The notes under the pieces are model-generated. The model saw only the letters and a list, made by a program, of their open reading frames with translations. It did not search any database and was not told the origin of the DNA. A program made the position numbers and the translations under genes. This document shows positions 39,232 to 52,282 of a stretch of 64,000 nucleotides of DNA, in pieces. The stretch is from Lama glama (lineage: Eukaryota), in the NCBI GenBank assembly GCA_028534125.1, contig CM052818.1, forward strand, positions 10,356,001-10,420,000, read 5' to 3'. Positions within the stretch are counted from its first letter, which is position 1, and each line of letters starts with the position of its first letter.

Positions 39232-42200
39232 ACATGAAGTGCTAAAGGGCCTTTGGAATTTGGGGCCTGTAAAAATATAACTTATTAGTTTCATTATTAT
39301 AATCAGGTACAGATGCCTGGATAAAAAGGCTGTTTCTCACTAGTGTAAGAACACATGGTCATAAAAGTACCTAAAAACCTTAGTTTTTTTCCCTTTTTAG
39401 AAATATGACCATCAAGTCATTATCATTATAATTAAATCAGCTTAAAAAATATCTGTCCAGGATCTGCATTGAGGTATATACTGTCTTTTCTACAGTGAAT
39501 GTTCTCACTGGCTTCTTTTAAATGGGTATGAGGACTGGGCCTTTGGCACTTTGTCATGGGGATAAGACATTGGCAACATCTGTTTTGGAAAAGAGAAACC
39601 ATCTATAAAATATAATCAGCCATTAAAGGCACACCTACCTGCAATGAACAAGTTTCAGAAGAGGAGTTTGGGCAAAGCGTGCTCTACCTGGAGAGCATGT
39701 TCTATGATTCAGGAGAATTTTATTAGCCAAAAATGTAGTAAAATTGTAAGCCAGTTTGAAGGACGTGTGTAACAGGTGGGGCAGATGTTCTAAGTGGTCA
39801 CACATTATTTGGACGCTGTCTCCGTAAGGGCAAAGAGACCTAAAACTGCGGGACTTTTTCCTTTCCTTCCCCCGTCCTTTCTTTCCTTTTTCTTTCTGCC
39901 ATTTTAATTGGTTTTCAGAGGGTTTTAAAGGAATTTGGAAGGAAAATCTCCCAGTAAGCATCATGAAATCTGGTACCCTCCTAGATTGGAGAAACCCAGG
40001 TAAGCGGGCTGTCTAACTAAACATGAAACAAACTGTCCTTCTCCTCTTCCTGCTCCCTCTTCCGTCTTCCTCAGCCCTACCAGACTTTGCTCACGAACTA
40101 CAGAAGGAACAGAATAAAGCAGATTGCAGAGGAATCTTTTGGAACTTAAAGCAGATTCTGAGGAATTGTGGAAATTCTGAAAAATCTTAACATCTCACTG
40201 GTGTTTTCAGTCATTGGGGGGCTTGTAGGGAGATTGAAACCAGAAGCAGAGCAGTTCAGTTATAAAAGGCTCTAAAAACTGCACAGATATCCATTTGGGG
40301 ACAGGCTACTCCCTCAAATGTCCACATGAAGGGAGCAGAGTTGGAGAAGATGTTGGTCCGGCAGTCAGACCAGGTACATGGGCATCTGTTCATAGCCAAG
40401 CCTTACTGAAAGCTCTTTTTGACAGGCTTAATATGATCATTATGTCTGTACAATTAAATCAACAAAAAAAACAAACTTGCACCCTGTCCTCAGAATATTC
40501 CCCCAAACCAAACCTGAAAATCTGAAAACTAAGTAAACTAAACAAGTTGAGAATACAACTTTTCAACTGGCTATTTAACCTTATAGAGAACCTAACAAAG
40601 CAAATGTTTGACTGAAGTTAGATTATTTCCCCCACTCACCACAGACCGGTTGATATATAGACATACAAGTCTTGGCTCTGAATACCTTTTGTACCTTGTG
40701 GCCCCAAGTCTTAACTCCTTCCTTCACGTTTCTAGGCTCTCCAGCCACTGGCCCCACCCTCCTCCTCTAACTTCTCACCACTCCCTCATATTCACTTTTA
40801 ATTTGAGCCATGCTGGTATTTTCTCCCCATGTCCTCTTCATTCCCATCTCTATGCTCTTGTTCATGCTGTTTACTTTTCCTGAGATGAGCACAATGTCCC
40901 TAACATTGTCCCCATTCATTCATTCATTGATGTCTTGAATACCAGGTACTATGTGTCAGATATGCAAGTTCCCATTGGGAGGGTACAAAAGGCTTAGGCT
41001 GAGTGGGAAATGGACACTCATTCAAAACCAAGTCGATGGTGGTATGTTGCATGTCACTGTTTTCTGTTCATACCTCAGCTCTGTGAAAAGCCTGTCCTGG
41101 CATTGGACTCCCCAGCTGTCTCCTGTGTGTTCACACCCAGGTCTAGTCAGCTGATGGATATCTACTCATTCCTCTCTTCCTTCTGGTTCCATCATGGCCA
41201 CTTTCTGGGCTGCAATCTCTAAGCTCTGCTGCCTTTGTTGCTGGGCACTACCTCTCTGTAGATGCCCTCCCCACTCCTGCCTCCTTGGGCCATGAGTGCT
41301 GCTTCAACTGTAGCCTCCTTGTGGTGCAAATGCTATTCGATGTACACTGATAGAGCAACCCAAGGCAACTGTCTCCAACATCTTACAGAGGTTTAGGAGG
41401 GAATAGAGCTTTCTGGTTTTACTTATAGCCATGCCTGTCCCTGGGAACCAGACACGGGTTAATTGGGGGTTGGGGTTGAGACATCCCACCCTGCTTGGTG
41501 GCTCCTGCCCCAGGAATGAAGATCATATTACCTGACTGCATCTTCCCTTAGGGAAAGTCCTAACCCAGAAGCTCCTGCCCCACCTGCTTACCAAATAGTC
41601 CCAAACAGATCTCAGCAGTGGACTGAGCTTGGCCTCAATCCAGAGCTCCTCGCTACTTCGGTTATGTCCCAAGTATTATGAGGATAGAGGAAGACATTTC
41701 TTGTGAGAGTGGAGGAAAACATCAGTGAGGAGTTAACAGAGAAGGTTTAGAAGGATGAATCACTACATGGTGAGTGGGGGAAAATCAGCTCAGGCAAAAG
41801 AGCAGCATGCTCAAAGGCACAAAAGCAGGGAAAAGCATGGGGTGAAGCAGCTCTTGTCTGGGGAACAGCGTTTTTTTAGGAAAAGGGAGGAAGGAGACTG
41901 GGAGGTTAGATTGCAACCAGACCTATAAAGGGTCTTATAGCCCACTGTAAGGCACTTGGATTTTGTAAGTGTGGGGCTCCCTGGTAAAGCAGTCAGTAAG
42001 TATTGTTGGATTTAAAATGTCTGACTTTGGGCTGTGATTCAGGCTCTGCTACATATACAGATTCATTGGGGGTAAGTTCCTTCCCTTAACTATTTTTCTT
42101 TCAACATGTGAGTTTTATTTTTTCCAGTTTTATTCTAAGATCCTAACATTAATAACCTAGCTTAAATTTACTACTTGTGTACCTTGATTTCCCAAACAAA

Positions 42201-42459
42201 TGGAAGAAGGCTGGATTTTAAAATTCTGCAGGAAAAACATGGTCGAGCCCAACATGTTTAGCCGTGGATGGTAATTTTATGTACACTGAGTGATTTCCAG
42301 GTTCTTCCAGGTGGCATGATAAGGCCTTTCAGTCTTCATCTTGAGTGGGGCCATGCATTTGACTTGTCTTCATATCCCAGATGACATGAAGGGAGGGAGA
42401 TCCCTTAGTCACATGCTTTAATTCAAGTAGTGAACATTTGTTGAATACTTTCTCTATTC

Positions 42460-42575
42460 ATTATTGATGATGCCCTTGAGGGCAGAGGACCAGGCCTTCT
42501 ACTTCTTTTGTCGCTCCCGCCTGAACCAGCACAATCTTCTGTACCTAGTTGGTGCTCAGAAAAGACTCACTGAAG
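42460..42575 (+). mobile_element. L2 3' end fragment
   Basis: cccttgagggcagaggacc...agcaca...gtacctagttggtgctcag. Confidence 0.6.
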
Positions 42576-42599
42576 CAGGGGAGGTAGATGGTGGGATAA

Positions 42600-42835
42600 A
42601 GAAGTGGCTTTGAATACTGGAAGATGCAAGGGTTTTGGAGTCAGCTATGATTGCATATGTATCACTTTGCTGTGCTGGTGTGATCTTGGGTTAGTTGATT
42701 CATCTCTTCCAGTGTCCCTACCCAGGAAGTGGACATAGTAATATCCAACACATAGATTTAATGGGAGAATTTAACAGGATAATATATGAGATGATGTATG
42801 AGCAGTGCTGGGCACATAGTAAGCACCAGACTACT
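42600..42835 (+). mobile_element. MIR SINE
   Basis: ttttggagtcag...tgtgatcttgggttagttg...cagtgctgggcacatagtaagcac. Confidence 0.65.
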
Positions 42836-44539
42836 AAAATCAACAAAGGATGAACAGAAACAGAATCCAAGAATGCCACAATGAGCCACAGAGATAAGAA
42901 GAGCAACCCTCTATTCCCCTTTCTCAAACATGTGGCCTGTGTCTATAAAACAAACTCTAGATGGTTTTGATTTATTCAGAACTCAATCTTGTTTCCATAT
43001 GTTGCACAGAGAAATTCCTTCCTCCACTTTTCCACTCACTGAGTAATCCCATCAGATCCCACCAAGCTCTTTGTCCGGATCAGTGAACATTCGGCCTCTT
43101 CCCAGTAGAGGCACATTCTTGTACTGCTTTTGGGAAAGCTGATCTGGAGTGAGAAGGGAAACGAGCACCCCAGTTATCCCTGAAGAAGACATCAGTGGTC
43201 CACCCAGGCAGCCCCAGTAGTTTCTGCCTCACTTCTCTTCTTTGAACAACAAGACCGGCCAGACCTGCTCCTTGAACCCACGTTTGTGGGAGGGGAGTAT
43301 GAGGCCTGGGCAGATCGTGTAGGAATCACTCTGGAACTCATTGCCTTGATAGCCTCCCATGAGCTTAATTGGTATCAGGTTTTGCAACTTTTTGGTCCTG
43401 AATCCTAATGTTTGAACAGTTTTGCTCTTCAAATGGAACTGAAGGGACTTGCATTAAAATGCATCTCAGTTTTGGAATCTAGGATTCTGGGGTTGGAATT
43501 TGTCTACTGGGGACTCATCCTCAGCCAGCTCCTCCTTCCTTCTCTCATTACTTCATACCCTCAAGAGACTGGGGCTCCAGCAGTCCCAGAGCACCTGTCC
43601 TCACCAAAGACCCAGGGCAAGCAGATTCAGACTGAAGAGTTCATGACTTAACGTTTTACTCCTCCCAAGGGGTATTTCAGCCACACTAATTTCATTTTAA
43701 CAACCATTTGTCAAAGTTCTATGTTACTCAAGCAGGGTGCAAGAAATAGAAGAATAAAAACAAGGCAGAAAGTTTGACACTGTTTTCCAAAAGTCTAGTG
43801 GGAAAAAATAGTCATATGTAAATAATTAATTTCAAAACTATGTAAAAAGTATGTGTGTATGTACCCTAAAAGAGAAAGGTATGAATTTTGCTCAAAGAGC
43901 TTTTAGGTGCCCCAGGGAGAAATGACAATGTGTGACTACTAGAACTACATCTCTTGAGGGTGGAACCCTGGGAATCCTGAAGGATGAGGCGAGGACGCCT
44001 GTTGAACCCTGTTAGCAAGCCCAGTGTTTTCCCATTATAAACTGAGCTCATAAAGCCAGTGCCTGCCTGTCCCCTCCCTTACCACGAGGGTGGTGAAAGT
44101 TTCCTGAGGATGCAAAGTCACCTCCATCCGTGGGTAAAGAGCCATCTGCTGCAGCACCTACATTAACTCTTTCAGCTCCTGCAATGTTGTTAAGTCTGGG
44201 CCATAGAAGAACACTGGATGCAAGTCAGGACACCTGACTTCTAGCAACACTCTGTGCCTACTTTGGAAGGTGTGTAACCTTTCAGAGCCTTAGCTTCCTG
44301 TTCTTGATTTGGATAGCACCTGCCCTCTTAGCTATGCAGATAAAAGTGAGATTATAAATGTGAAAGCAATTTGAAAAACAACACTAGTGCCCTACCATTA
44401 ATCAGAAGGCATTTACTGAGTATCTGTTAGGCACCTATAATTTGGCTAGGTGCTAAATAGAGTCCCTTGGTCCAGCAGATTTCTAGTAACAGGGTATTTT
44501 TTCCATTCCATCTGGTTCAGAGAAATCATCAGCATGGAG

Positions 44540-44670
44540 TACATACAGGAGGAAAACAATGGCTTGAGGATCAGGGATTCATGCAGCTCTGTCACTGGTT
44601 AGCTGTGTGATGCTAGACAGTTACCTTCATCCCTTTGAGCCTCAGTTTCCTAATCTGTAAAATAAGATTT
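44540..44670 (+). mobile_element. MIR SINE core
   Basis: agctctgtcactggttagctgtgtga...tgagcctcagtttcctaatctgtaaaat. Confidence 0.75.
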
Positions 44671-45865
44671 TCCACTGATTCCTCCTCGTCCCGCTTTCCC
44701 CTGCTTTCCAGCTATGCCCTTTCTTCTGGCTGTGATGGTAAAATGGGACTCAGTAAACCAAGGCACATTAAGGTAGAAAAGGCTGTAAACTATAACTTAA
44801 CATGCTGATTCTTTGGGGGACAGTTTAACCCAGAGGAGTGACACTCCAGTGGGTGAGTATCAGATATGTAGAGTAGGCTAATGGGAGCATTATTTGGGAG
44901 CAGCCCTTACTGGAGTGTTCCCCTTGAGGGATCATGGTATGGGTATCAAGCAGATAGAAAGTTCCAGAGTCTTACCTGATGTGACCATCACCTTACCTTA
45001 TTGCCAATCAGCTCTGTTGGTTTCTCCTAAAAGGAGGCTAGTAGGAAAAACCTCCAGGGCAGAGCCTAGAAATACCTTATATTTGTATTTACTTTTATTT
45101 TTCAAAAAGTACTCTCACGTATATTATCTCAGTGATCTTTGTAACGTGTCCACCAGTAGTTAAGTCATTATAATTGCCATCCTATTTAGTAAAGGAAGGA
45201 ACGAGTGTGGCTGATCTGACATTGCAGAGAAAGACAGTAGCACAGCTGAAACTGGAAGCCAGCTGATGTCACTTCTGGTCTAAAATTCTCTATGTGACCC
45301 TCAGCAGGGGAGAAATGAGTGTGTCCTGGAGGGGACCTCGCAGACCCACCATGTTCCTTGACTGGAGGGGATTCCTGCCTGCCTTCCTTCCTTCTTCTGC
45401 TCCTGGCTTTGCCTACAAGTAAAGTAAAGGAGGAATCCTCTACCCATGGACTCCACATTTGTCAACTTGATTCCCTAAAAATACAGTCACATGTTTTAGA
45501 TGGAGACTCCACATTCCTTTTACAAAAGGAGGGCTAATCAGCTAGGAAATACATCTTAGATATAGACTCCGTAATATTGTCACCAGGGTGATGCTACAAA
45601 GTCATAGAAGATGGATCTTTTTTTTTTCCTGAACTTACGATCTTTCTGGGAAGATAAGCTGTGTTTATTCTAATTTTTACCACTGGTGAATATAAAACTA
45701 TCTAACATTGGTAACAAAATATGAAAACAAAGCCCATGTCTATGTGAATTTACTATTTAACATGTAAAGCACACAATGAATTGTGTGTGTATGTGTGTAA
45801 AAGGTACATCAAACAAGCCTGTGCTGTGGGATATGATCAACATCAACAGGAAACGTATTATTCTC

Positions 45866-46350
45866 TGTGATGGTTAATTTTATGTGTCAACTTGGAGAGG
45901 CCACACTACCCAGATACTTGGTCAAACATTATTCTAGATATTTCTGTGAAGGTATTTTTTAGATGAGATTAACATTTAAATGAGAAGACGTTGAGTCAAG
46001 CAGGTTATCCTCCATCCTGTGGGTGGGCCTCATCCAGTCAGTTGAAGGCCTCAATAGGAAAAGACTTAGCAGACAATAGAAAGAGGGGACTTGGCTAGCA
46101 GACTGCCTGCCTTTGGACTTGCACTCCAACAACAACTCTTTCCTGGGTTTCCAGCCTGCTGGCCTACCCTGCAGATTTTGGACTTGACAGCCTCCACAAT
46201 TCCTTGAAATAGACCTCTCTCTCCATCTCTATAAATGTCTAGGTATATATAGACATACGCACATATATATGTATATCTATCTGTCTATATATACACACAT
46301 ATATGTATATGTATCTATAAATACATCCTATTGGTTCTCTGGAGAACCTG
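45866..46350 (+). mobile_element. ERVL solo LTR (MLT2B/MLT2C-like) with internal TA-rich microsatellite
   Basis: tgtgatggttaattttatgtgtcaacttg...cccagatacttggtcaaacattattctag...gtgggcctcatccagtcagttgaaggcc...ctaccctgcagattttggacttg...catcctattggttctctggagaacc. Confidence 0.9.
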
Positions 46351-46618
46351 TCATTCTCCCACTGTCCTTAGAATACCCGATCCTGTGTAATAATCTAGAG
46401 TCTCACTGTGATACAAGGTCACATCTCTCCTTGTGAGACGAGAGCCCTTGGTGTGTTGTCTGTTTGTGGTGGGGTGGGAGGTGGGGGGAATATCTGGACT
46501 CATCTCCTCTCATTCTTGGTAATTTCCTCTGCCTCCTGGCTGGCTGCTGTAATTGATGCCTCCATGTAGTTAGCGCACGGGGAGGAGGGAGGGAACAGAG
46601 CATAAAAAGTCCTGGTGG

Positions 46619-46803
46619 GCAAGGGGGTGGGCTGACCACCTAAGCCACCCCTCTGGCCTGACCCATAGATCCATCCCTACTCTCACTCCATTTAAGGGAC
46701 CAGCTCACCCCAACTCAGGAAGCAAGCGATCAAGGGAAACTGTTACCTATTTCGCTCCCCTGGGCAGAATCCCAATAAAGCCTTGCCTCAAAGCAAACAA
46801 ACA
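46619..46803 (+). mobile_element. Retroposed (processed) ERV-LTR-like 3' fragment with A-rich tail and 15-bp TSD
   Basis: Direct repeats aaaaagtcctggtgg (46604-46618) and aagaagtactggtgg (46804-46818), 13/15 identical. AATAAA at 46774 and tail aaagcaaacaaaca at 46790-46803. The body resembles a cetartiodactyl ERV1-type LTR U3/R (from recall). Confidence 0.7.
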
Positions 46804-47079
46804 AAGAAGTACTGGTGGAAACTGCACTGTTTGAACAGTGGACCCAGCTGATGATTCTGCTGATTCTTTCCCTTGTGGGAACTTTCATGGGGACTCTGGA
46901 GGCTTCAGACCCTGTGGCTAGAATGACTCCTGACATGGGTAATGGCCTTCCTTTGGCCAACTGCTCCCCACTAGCCCCCTGTTCTCCAGGGATCTGGGCC
47001 ACAGAGGACCTCAGTCCTCTTGAGCAGGACTTAAAATGGCTCTAGTGTGGGTTTGCCTCCTGTGAGGTCTCCGTCTGGT

Positions 47080-47300
47080 TAATGACATACAGTGACATGG
47101 GACTAATCTTATCCCAGGTACTACTTTAAGTACATATATTAGCTTGTTTAATTCTTGCAATGATTTTATGAAGTAGGTACTTTTACTCTCTGTTTTACAG
47201 AGGAAGAAAGTTAGCCTCAGAGAGGTTAAACAACTTACTCAAGGCCACACAGCTACGTGTCAGAGCTTCAGACCAAGGAAGTCTGGCTTTGGAGAGCGTG
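47080..47300 (-). mobile_element. MIR SINE
   Basis: tttaattcttgcaa...atgaagtaggtact...ttttacagaggaagaaa...ctcagagaggttaaacaacttactcaaggccacacagcta. Confidence 0.85.
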
Positions 47301-47984
47301 CTTCCAAGGCGGGCCCCAGCTCTGTGGGAAGCATGTATGTGCTCTTTGACCTGCCATGTACCCTCCTCAGTAGAAGCAGTTCCTTGGCCAGCCTCTTACT
47401 TTTTAGATTTCCTGTGTCCACTCTGTTCCTAAATGATCAGTCGTCCAAATGATCTCATTGAAGGCCTTTCCCCTGTTCCCTGTTCCAACTATAAGGTTTG
47501 AGTTGGGGACAGTCTCTGTTTTTTTCTAGAGGAAACATTTCATATGCAATCTTTTTTTCTCTTGCCAGTCTTTCATATTCTCCAAGTGGGTAAAGGCTTA
47601 AGAGTCTTGAAACCAAATTATAGTTCATTTCTTTTGAAAATTCTGCATAGGGTGGTCTAGTACCTCAATCTGGATTTTCCCATCTGTGATATTTTGGTGT
47701 CTCTGTTGAAACTGTAATTCTTACATCTTATTATATATATATATATATACATGTTATATATTAAATCATGATTATGATGTATTTAAGTGCACATAAATGA
47801 CTATGATTGGTAAGAAGCAATCCATTATTTTTTCTTTTTCTTTTTTTGCTTTGTTTGTTCTAAGGTACATAGTTTTTTTCTGATTCCATCATTGTTATCT
47901 TCATCCTCTTTTCCATTTCACACAAGCTCGCACATTTTAAAATCAAAGTCGTGCGTATTGATCACTTATTTCTATTTATTTCCA

Positions 47985-48433
47985 ATATGTTTTCCTCGTG
48001 ACTCTTTTCCACTGGCCCCAGATTCCCCTGGGGTGAGGTGGGATCTTGGGGGTCTGTTGTCTCAGTCCTTGTGTAGCGGTCCTGGTGTTGTAGGGGTCCT
48101 GTTACCATCCACAGTGCTGACCCACACTGAGAGGGAGCCCATGCATGTGTGGATGGGTATCCTAGCCCACATGTCCATGCTTCATATGCCCCTAGCCCAC
48201 ACATCTCCCTCCTCTGCACACCCTGCCTCACCCCCTGAGGCCTAGGGATGTGCATATTGCACAGTCTGCCTTCAGGAGATGAAGGACCCTGTAAACGGGC
48301 CGGGGCTATTTGGGCAGGACATTTTGGGGTACAGGGTGCCTGTGGGGAAGGACAAGCTAAAGGAGGTACAGAGCTGGACTACAAAGCCTGGGTCCTAGTG
48401 CTGGGGACTCTTGCCCTGTCAAGGGTGGTACTG
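47985..48433. mobile_element. MER115/Zaphod-like hAT-Tip100 element
   Basis: gcccacatgtcca...gcctagggatgtgca...ggctatttgggcagg, ending in ctcttgccctgtcaagggtggtactg, which matches the recalled terminus. Confidence 0.65.
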
Positions 48434-50034
48434 ATTGCTGGTGTCACTTGTTTGTGCCTGCCTGGAGTTCCCTCTCCATCATGGTGCTGTCCTCAGTTGC
48501 CCCCACAGTGATACCACCCTGTGGATTTAGATAGTACGGCCTCAGTAGGTCAAGGAAGGAAAATGGCCTGGGAATCCAGCCTTTGCACCTTGGGATGATC
48601 CAGATAACCAGATGCTCTCTGAATTACCACCTATGGAAAGCTGTGATACAGAGCGGGGGACCGAAAGTTAAGTGGAGGCCAAAGAGCTTTCCATGTGGTG
48701 AGATTTATGATTTCTTTCTTGTTTTAAAAGTTGTTCCATGAAGTGAGTTGAGCTCATGGAAAATTATTCAGCCACAGGACAGCCCTGGAAAAGCCTATCT
48801 TGGCCCTGTAGGGCCTTCTACTTTGAAAAGACTTTATTCACATGTCTAGACGGGTTAACTTGAAGTTAACCGTCTTAATAAGAACCAAGCTCTCAATCCA
48901 TTTACATTTTTTATTACCCCACATATATCCTAAGGCTTAAAAGATTCAGGGAGGAGGTCAACATTATTTTAAAATGAACAAGAGGCTTGGGATGGTAAAA
49001 ATTGCAAGTCAGTATCATTGGCTGGAGACTGACTCCAAATCTCTCATGAAATGTCTCATAGACATGTTCCATCTCAGGTTACCTTGGCCACTCATTTCCC
49101 TCTTCACTCTCTACCCCTAGTATGTCTTTTCAGCTAGGTTTCCATTGAAGCTGACATGATTAACGAGGCTTTTTAAATGTATAAACACACTGCATGTTGG
49201 CCTCAGCAGAAAGGTCAGGATTGGACTGAAGTCTCTCCTATGCAGTATTTATAAGGGTGAAAAAAACAGAGTTTAAGGCTTCTTTTGGAAGGAAGGGAGC
49301 GAGGACCACCTCGTGTCCAGCAGGAGCACTGCTTACCATTTGCAAGGGGTCTGCCTCCCAGCGTTAATTCAGGGCCTCTGGCTTCCATTATAAACTTCAA
49401 GGAGCAGAGAACTGTGTCCATCCTCATCACCATGTTGATTATTACCAATGGTGGGACCAATGCTGATAGCCTAAGTTTAAATATGGATGGACTTCTTGTA
49501 GTTTTCCTGGGTGGTTGATAGAGTAAAGATACTGGTAGATCATACTGTACGTATTAGACATCTTTTAAAGCTCATAGCAATCCTTTAAAAATAAAATAAA
49601 ATAAATGTTTTAAATGCATCGTGAGATTGCTTTTTCAAGGAATCATTTTATTTGGGCAAGCAACTTGTATTTCACATTTTGTTTTTTTTGAGTTGCATTT
49701 TAGGTTATACATCACCCTCGTAATGATGTATCCCTTTTTAATACAGCAAATTCCTTACCCATTTTTGAAGAATAAATATCTTTGCCTATTTTAAGGAAAG
49801 TGAGTCATGCCTCCTGTCTAGTATACTAGTTTACCTTCACCTAATTCATTATGTATGTATAAACTTCATACATTTTGGAGTTAAAATTAAAATGTATTTA
49901 TCAAGCCTCATTTTGACCTTGACTTCAATTTTGATTTCTGAAGTGTGTTTGCATGGAAAAAATGTCTAAGTTATGAATCCTCATATAGTGTATAAGAACT
50001 GCTACATTTTTTAATGTGCAAACCCATGTGCATT

Positions 50035-50240
50035 AATGGAGAGGCAGTCTTTTTGAAGAGAAAGGCGAGTGGGCTTTGGATTCAGAGCTTTGGGTTAAAT
50101 TTCAGTTCCTCCACCTGTTCTGTGGCCCTGGGTAAAATGTTCCACCTCCCTGAGTCTTGGCTTTCTCAACAGCAAAATGGGACTAATCAGATTCCTGTTA
50201 CTTAATTAAAGCCACCATGTAATATGAAGCTCTGTAAAGC
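50035..50240 (+). mobile_element. MIR SINE
   Basis: gggctttggattcagag...tgtggccctgggtaaa...cctccctgagtcttgg...aaaatgggactaat. Confidence 0.7.
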
Positions 50241-51051
50241 AGAGAGCCGGGAAAAGGGGCTGACCTATATGCCGTTGTCCAGAGGGCTCCACTTCCAGAT
50301 CCTGGATTATCCTTACGTGGTCTGAGACAGACATGGGCATATTCCATTCTATGCAGCTACAGGTGGCCCAACATGTCTTTTTCCTTTTAAAAAGGGTGAA
50401 TTGTCATTCTAGATGAGAATTTTACTCGACTTGTTTTAGGAGAACTAGTAAATGAAACTAATTACAAAAGCAAAAAAGAAAGTTTAAAAGAAATGTATTT
50501 AAAGCTTTTAACTCACTTCCCTGAGTTCTCACATATAATGTAGTCGAGAAAGGAGACAGAAAAGTCCTGAGAGGAAAGGAAGTACAGGGGTCCACGGGGA
50601 CTTTGAGCGTGATACCATAGGCATTATTTAGCTGAAAGCCTTTTCTGAGATGTGTCTTTGCATGCCCGTTGATATTGATAGGTTTTACAAAACGGTCAAA
50701 TCGTGGCCACCCCATGGAGCGTGTATCTCAAAGCTTGATTATAAGATCAATTTCAGGAGGACTTTTGTCTCTAGTCTTGATCCATACTGTACTTGGTGGG
50801 CTTTGAGCCCCTTGGGAGGAAGTTGGCTTGGCCATTCAGCTTGGCATTCTTCAGATCTCCACCTCTCAGTCTCCTTCAGTTCTGGGCGCTGAGGTCAGGG
50901 AATCAGGAACTGCCTGTGGTAGTTGGCAGAAGTGGAATGAAGCTTCCTGAGGTTCTGGGCACTGATCACAGTAAAGACAGAAGCAAAGAGCAGAGACTGC
51001 CCCTGGACACCAACTGCTTTGCAGGGTCAGAGGTGAAGGTGGGACCTCTAC

Positions 51052-51320
51052 GTTAGGGTTTTCCAACTGTTGGTCTTGACTCACTAATGCGCTGTAAAAT
51101 CAACTTAATGGGTTGAGGCCATCATTTTAAAATAATTGATAAAGAAGAGAATAGCAAATAGAATAAATTAGGTGAGGATAGTTACTGTTTCCTGAAATTT
51201 TATTTTAGTTATAGATATATATTTTATTTATAAACCCATATGTGTATACACATTGTGATAGAAAATATTTTTCTTTTAAGATGTGGAAAAATTTCTTTTA
51301 AGACGTAGGTTGTGGCAAAA
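51052..51320. mobile_element. Charlie4z-like hAT element (opposite orientation to the 23.2 kb copy)
   Basis: ttttccaactg..ggtcttgactcactaatg...aaatcaacttaatgggttg...tgtttcctgaaattttattttagtta. Confidence 0.55.
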
Positions 51321-51989
51321 AGTGTTCCTCAGTCACTACTCCTTTTGATGACCAAAAGATAATTACAAAATTCACAAGCCACACAGTGATTTTACAAAGA
51401 CACGTGGGTATACACACACATACACACACACAAAGGTAACTGCTTTCCCCCAAAGCAACACACAGACCTGGCATCTTATATTGGAAGTAGGAATAAAGCC
51501 CAGTCGAAACCAGTTCCTCCTGAGTTTTATAAATCCAAGGCAGTCTAGGGAGGTAGAACAGGGCTGTTCTGTCCCAGGACAAAAGGCTGGAGTGAATATT
51601 GGTATCTATCATTGGGATATAAAAAAGTCCATGGCTCGGTAAACTGCCATCTAAAGAGGGGCATGGCATTCTTGAGGTCCCTTCTGATTGTCCTGGAGCC
51701 AGAAAATGGAATGGAGAGAAAGAGAAGGATTTTAGGGAAAACTGAAGGTATCAAACATCGCTGCCCTTAACCCAGGAACCCTGAGCAAGCTGTAGAAGTA
51801 GATAATGAGGGACAAAGAAGAAAAGATCTCCTTGCAGTCCGTGGTGCTGTTTCTGTAAATTTTGAGATGAGGCATTTGTGCCAGGATCTGTCTGCCTGCA
51901 TGCTGCTGTGCTGGACCTTGTGAACGTGGCTGGCTGAAGCTGCTGATGCCATAATTAATCTGACAAGGTATCTAACTGAAAGAGGAGAA

Positions 51990-52282
51990 GGGGTGCTTAG
52001 CCTGGTCCAATGGAGTATGTCAATGAATAATGGGATGAAGCTAAGAGAAGGTAAAATTGGGCTGAATATCAAGGAAAAAATTTATCTTACAGAAAGGTCT
52101 ATTAGATAGTAGAGTGGTCTCTCCAGGGGGACAGTGGCAGGGCTGGTGGTGCTGGAATCATTTACAAGTCAGCTGTCGAAAGCCCCTGAGAATATGCTGT
52201 GGGGAACAGAACTGAGTTGACAGGAGTGGACAAGATGACCTCAAAGGTCTTTTCCATCTTTAGTGTCTACAATTTTGTGATC
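51990..52282 (+). mobile_element. L3/CR1 LINE 3' end
   Basis: aatgggatgaagct...ggctgaatatcaaggaaaaa...ggacaagatgacctcaaaggtcttttcca...attttgtgat is typical of the CR1/L3 terminus. Confidence 0.7.
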
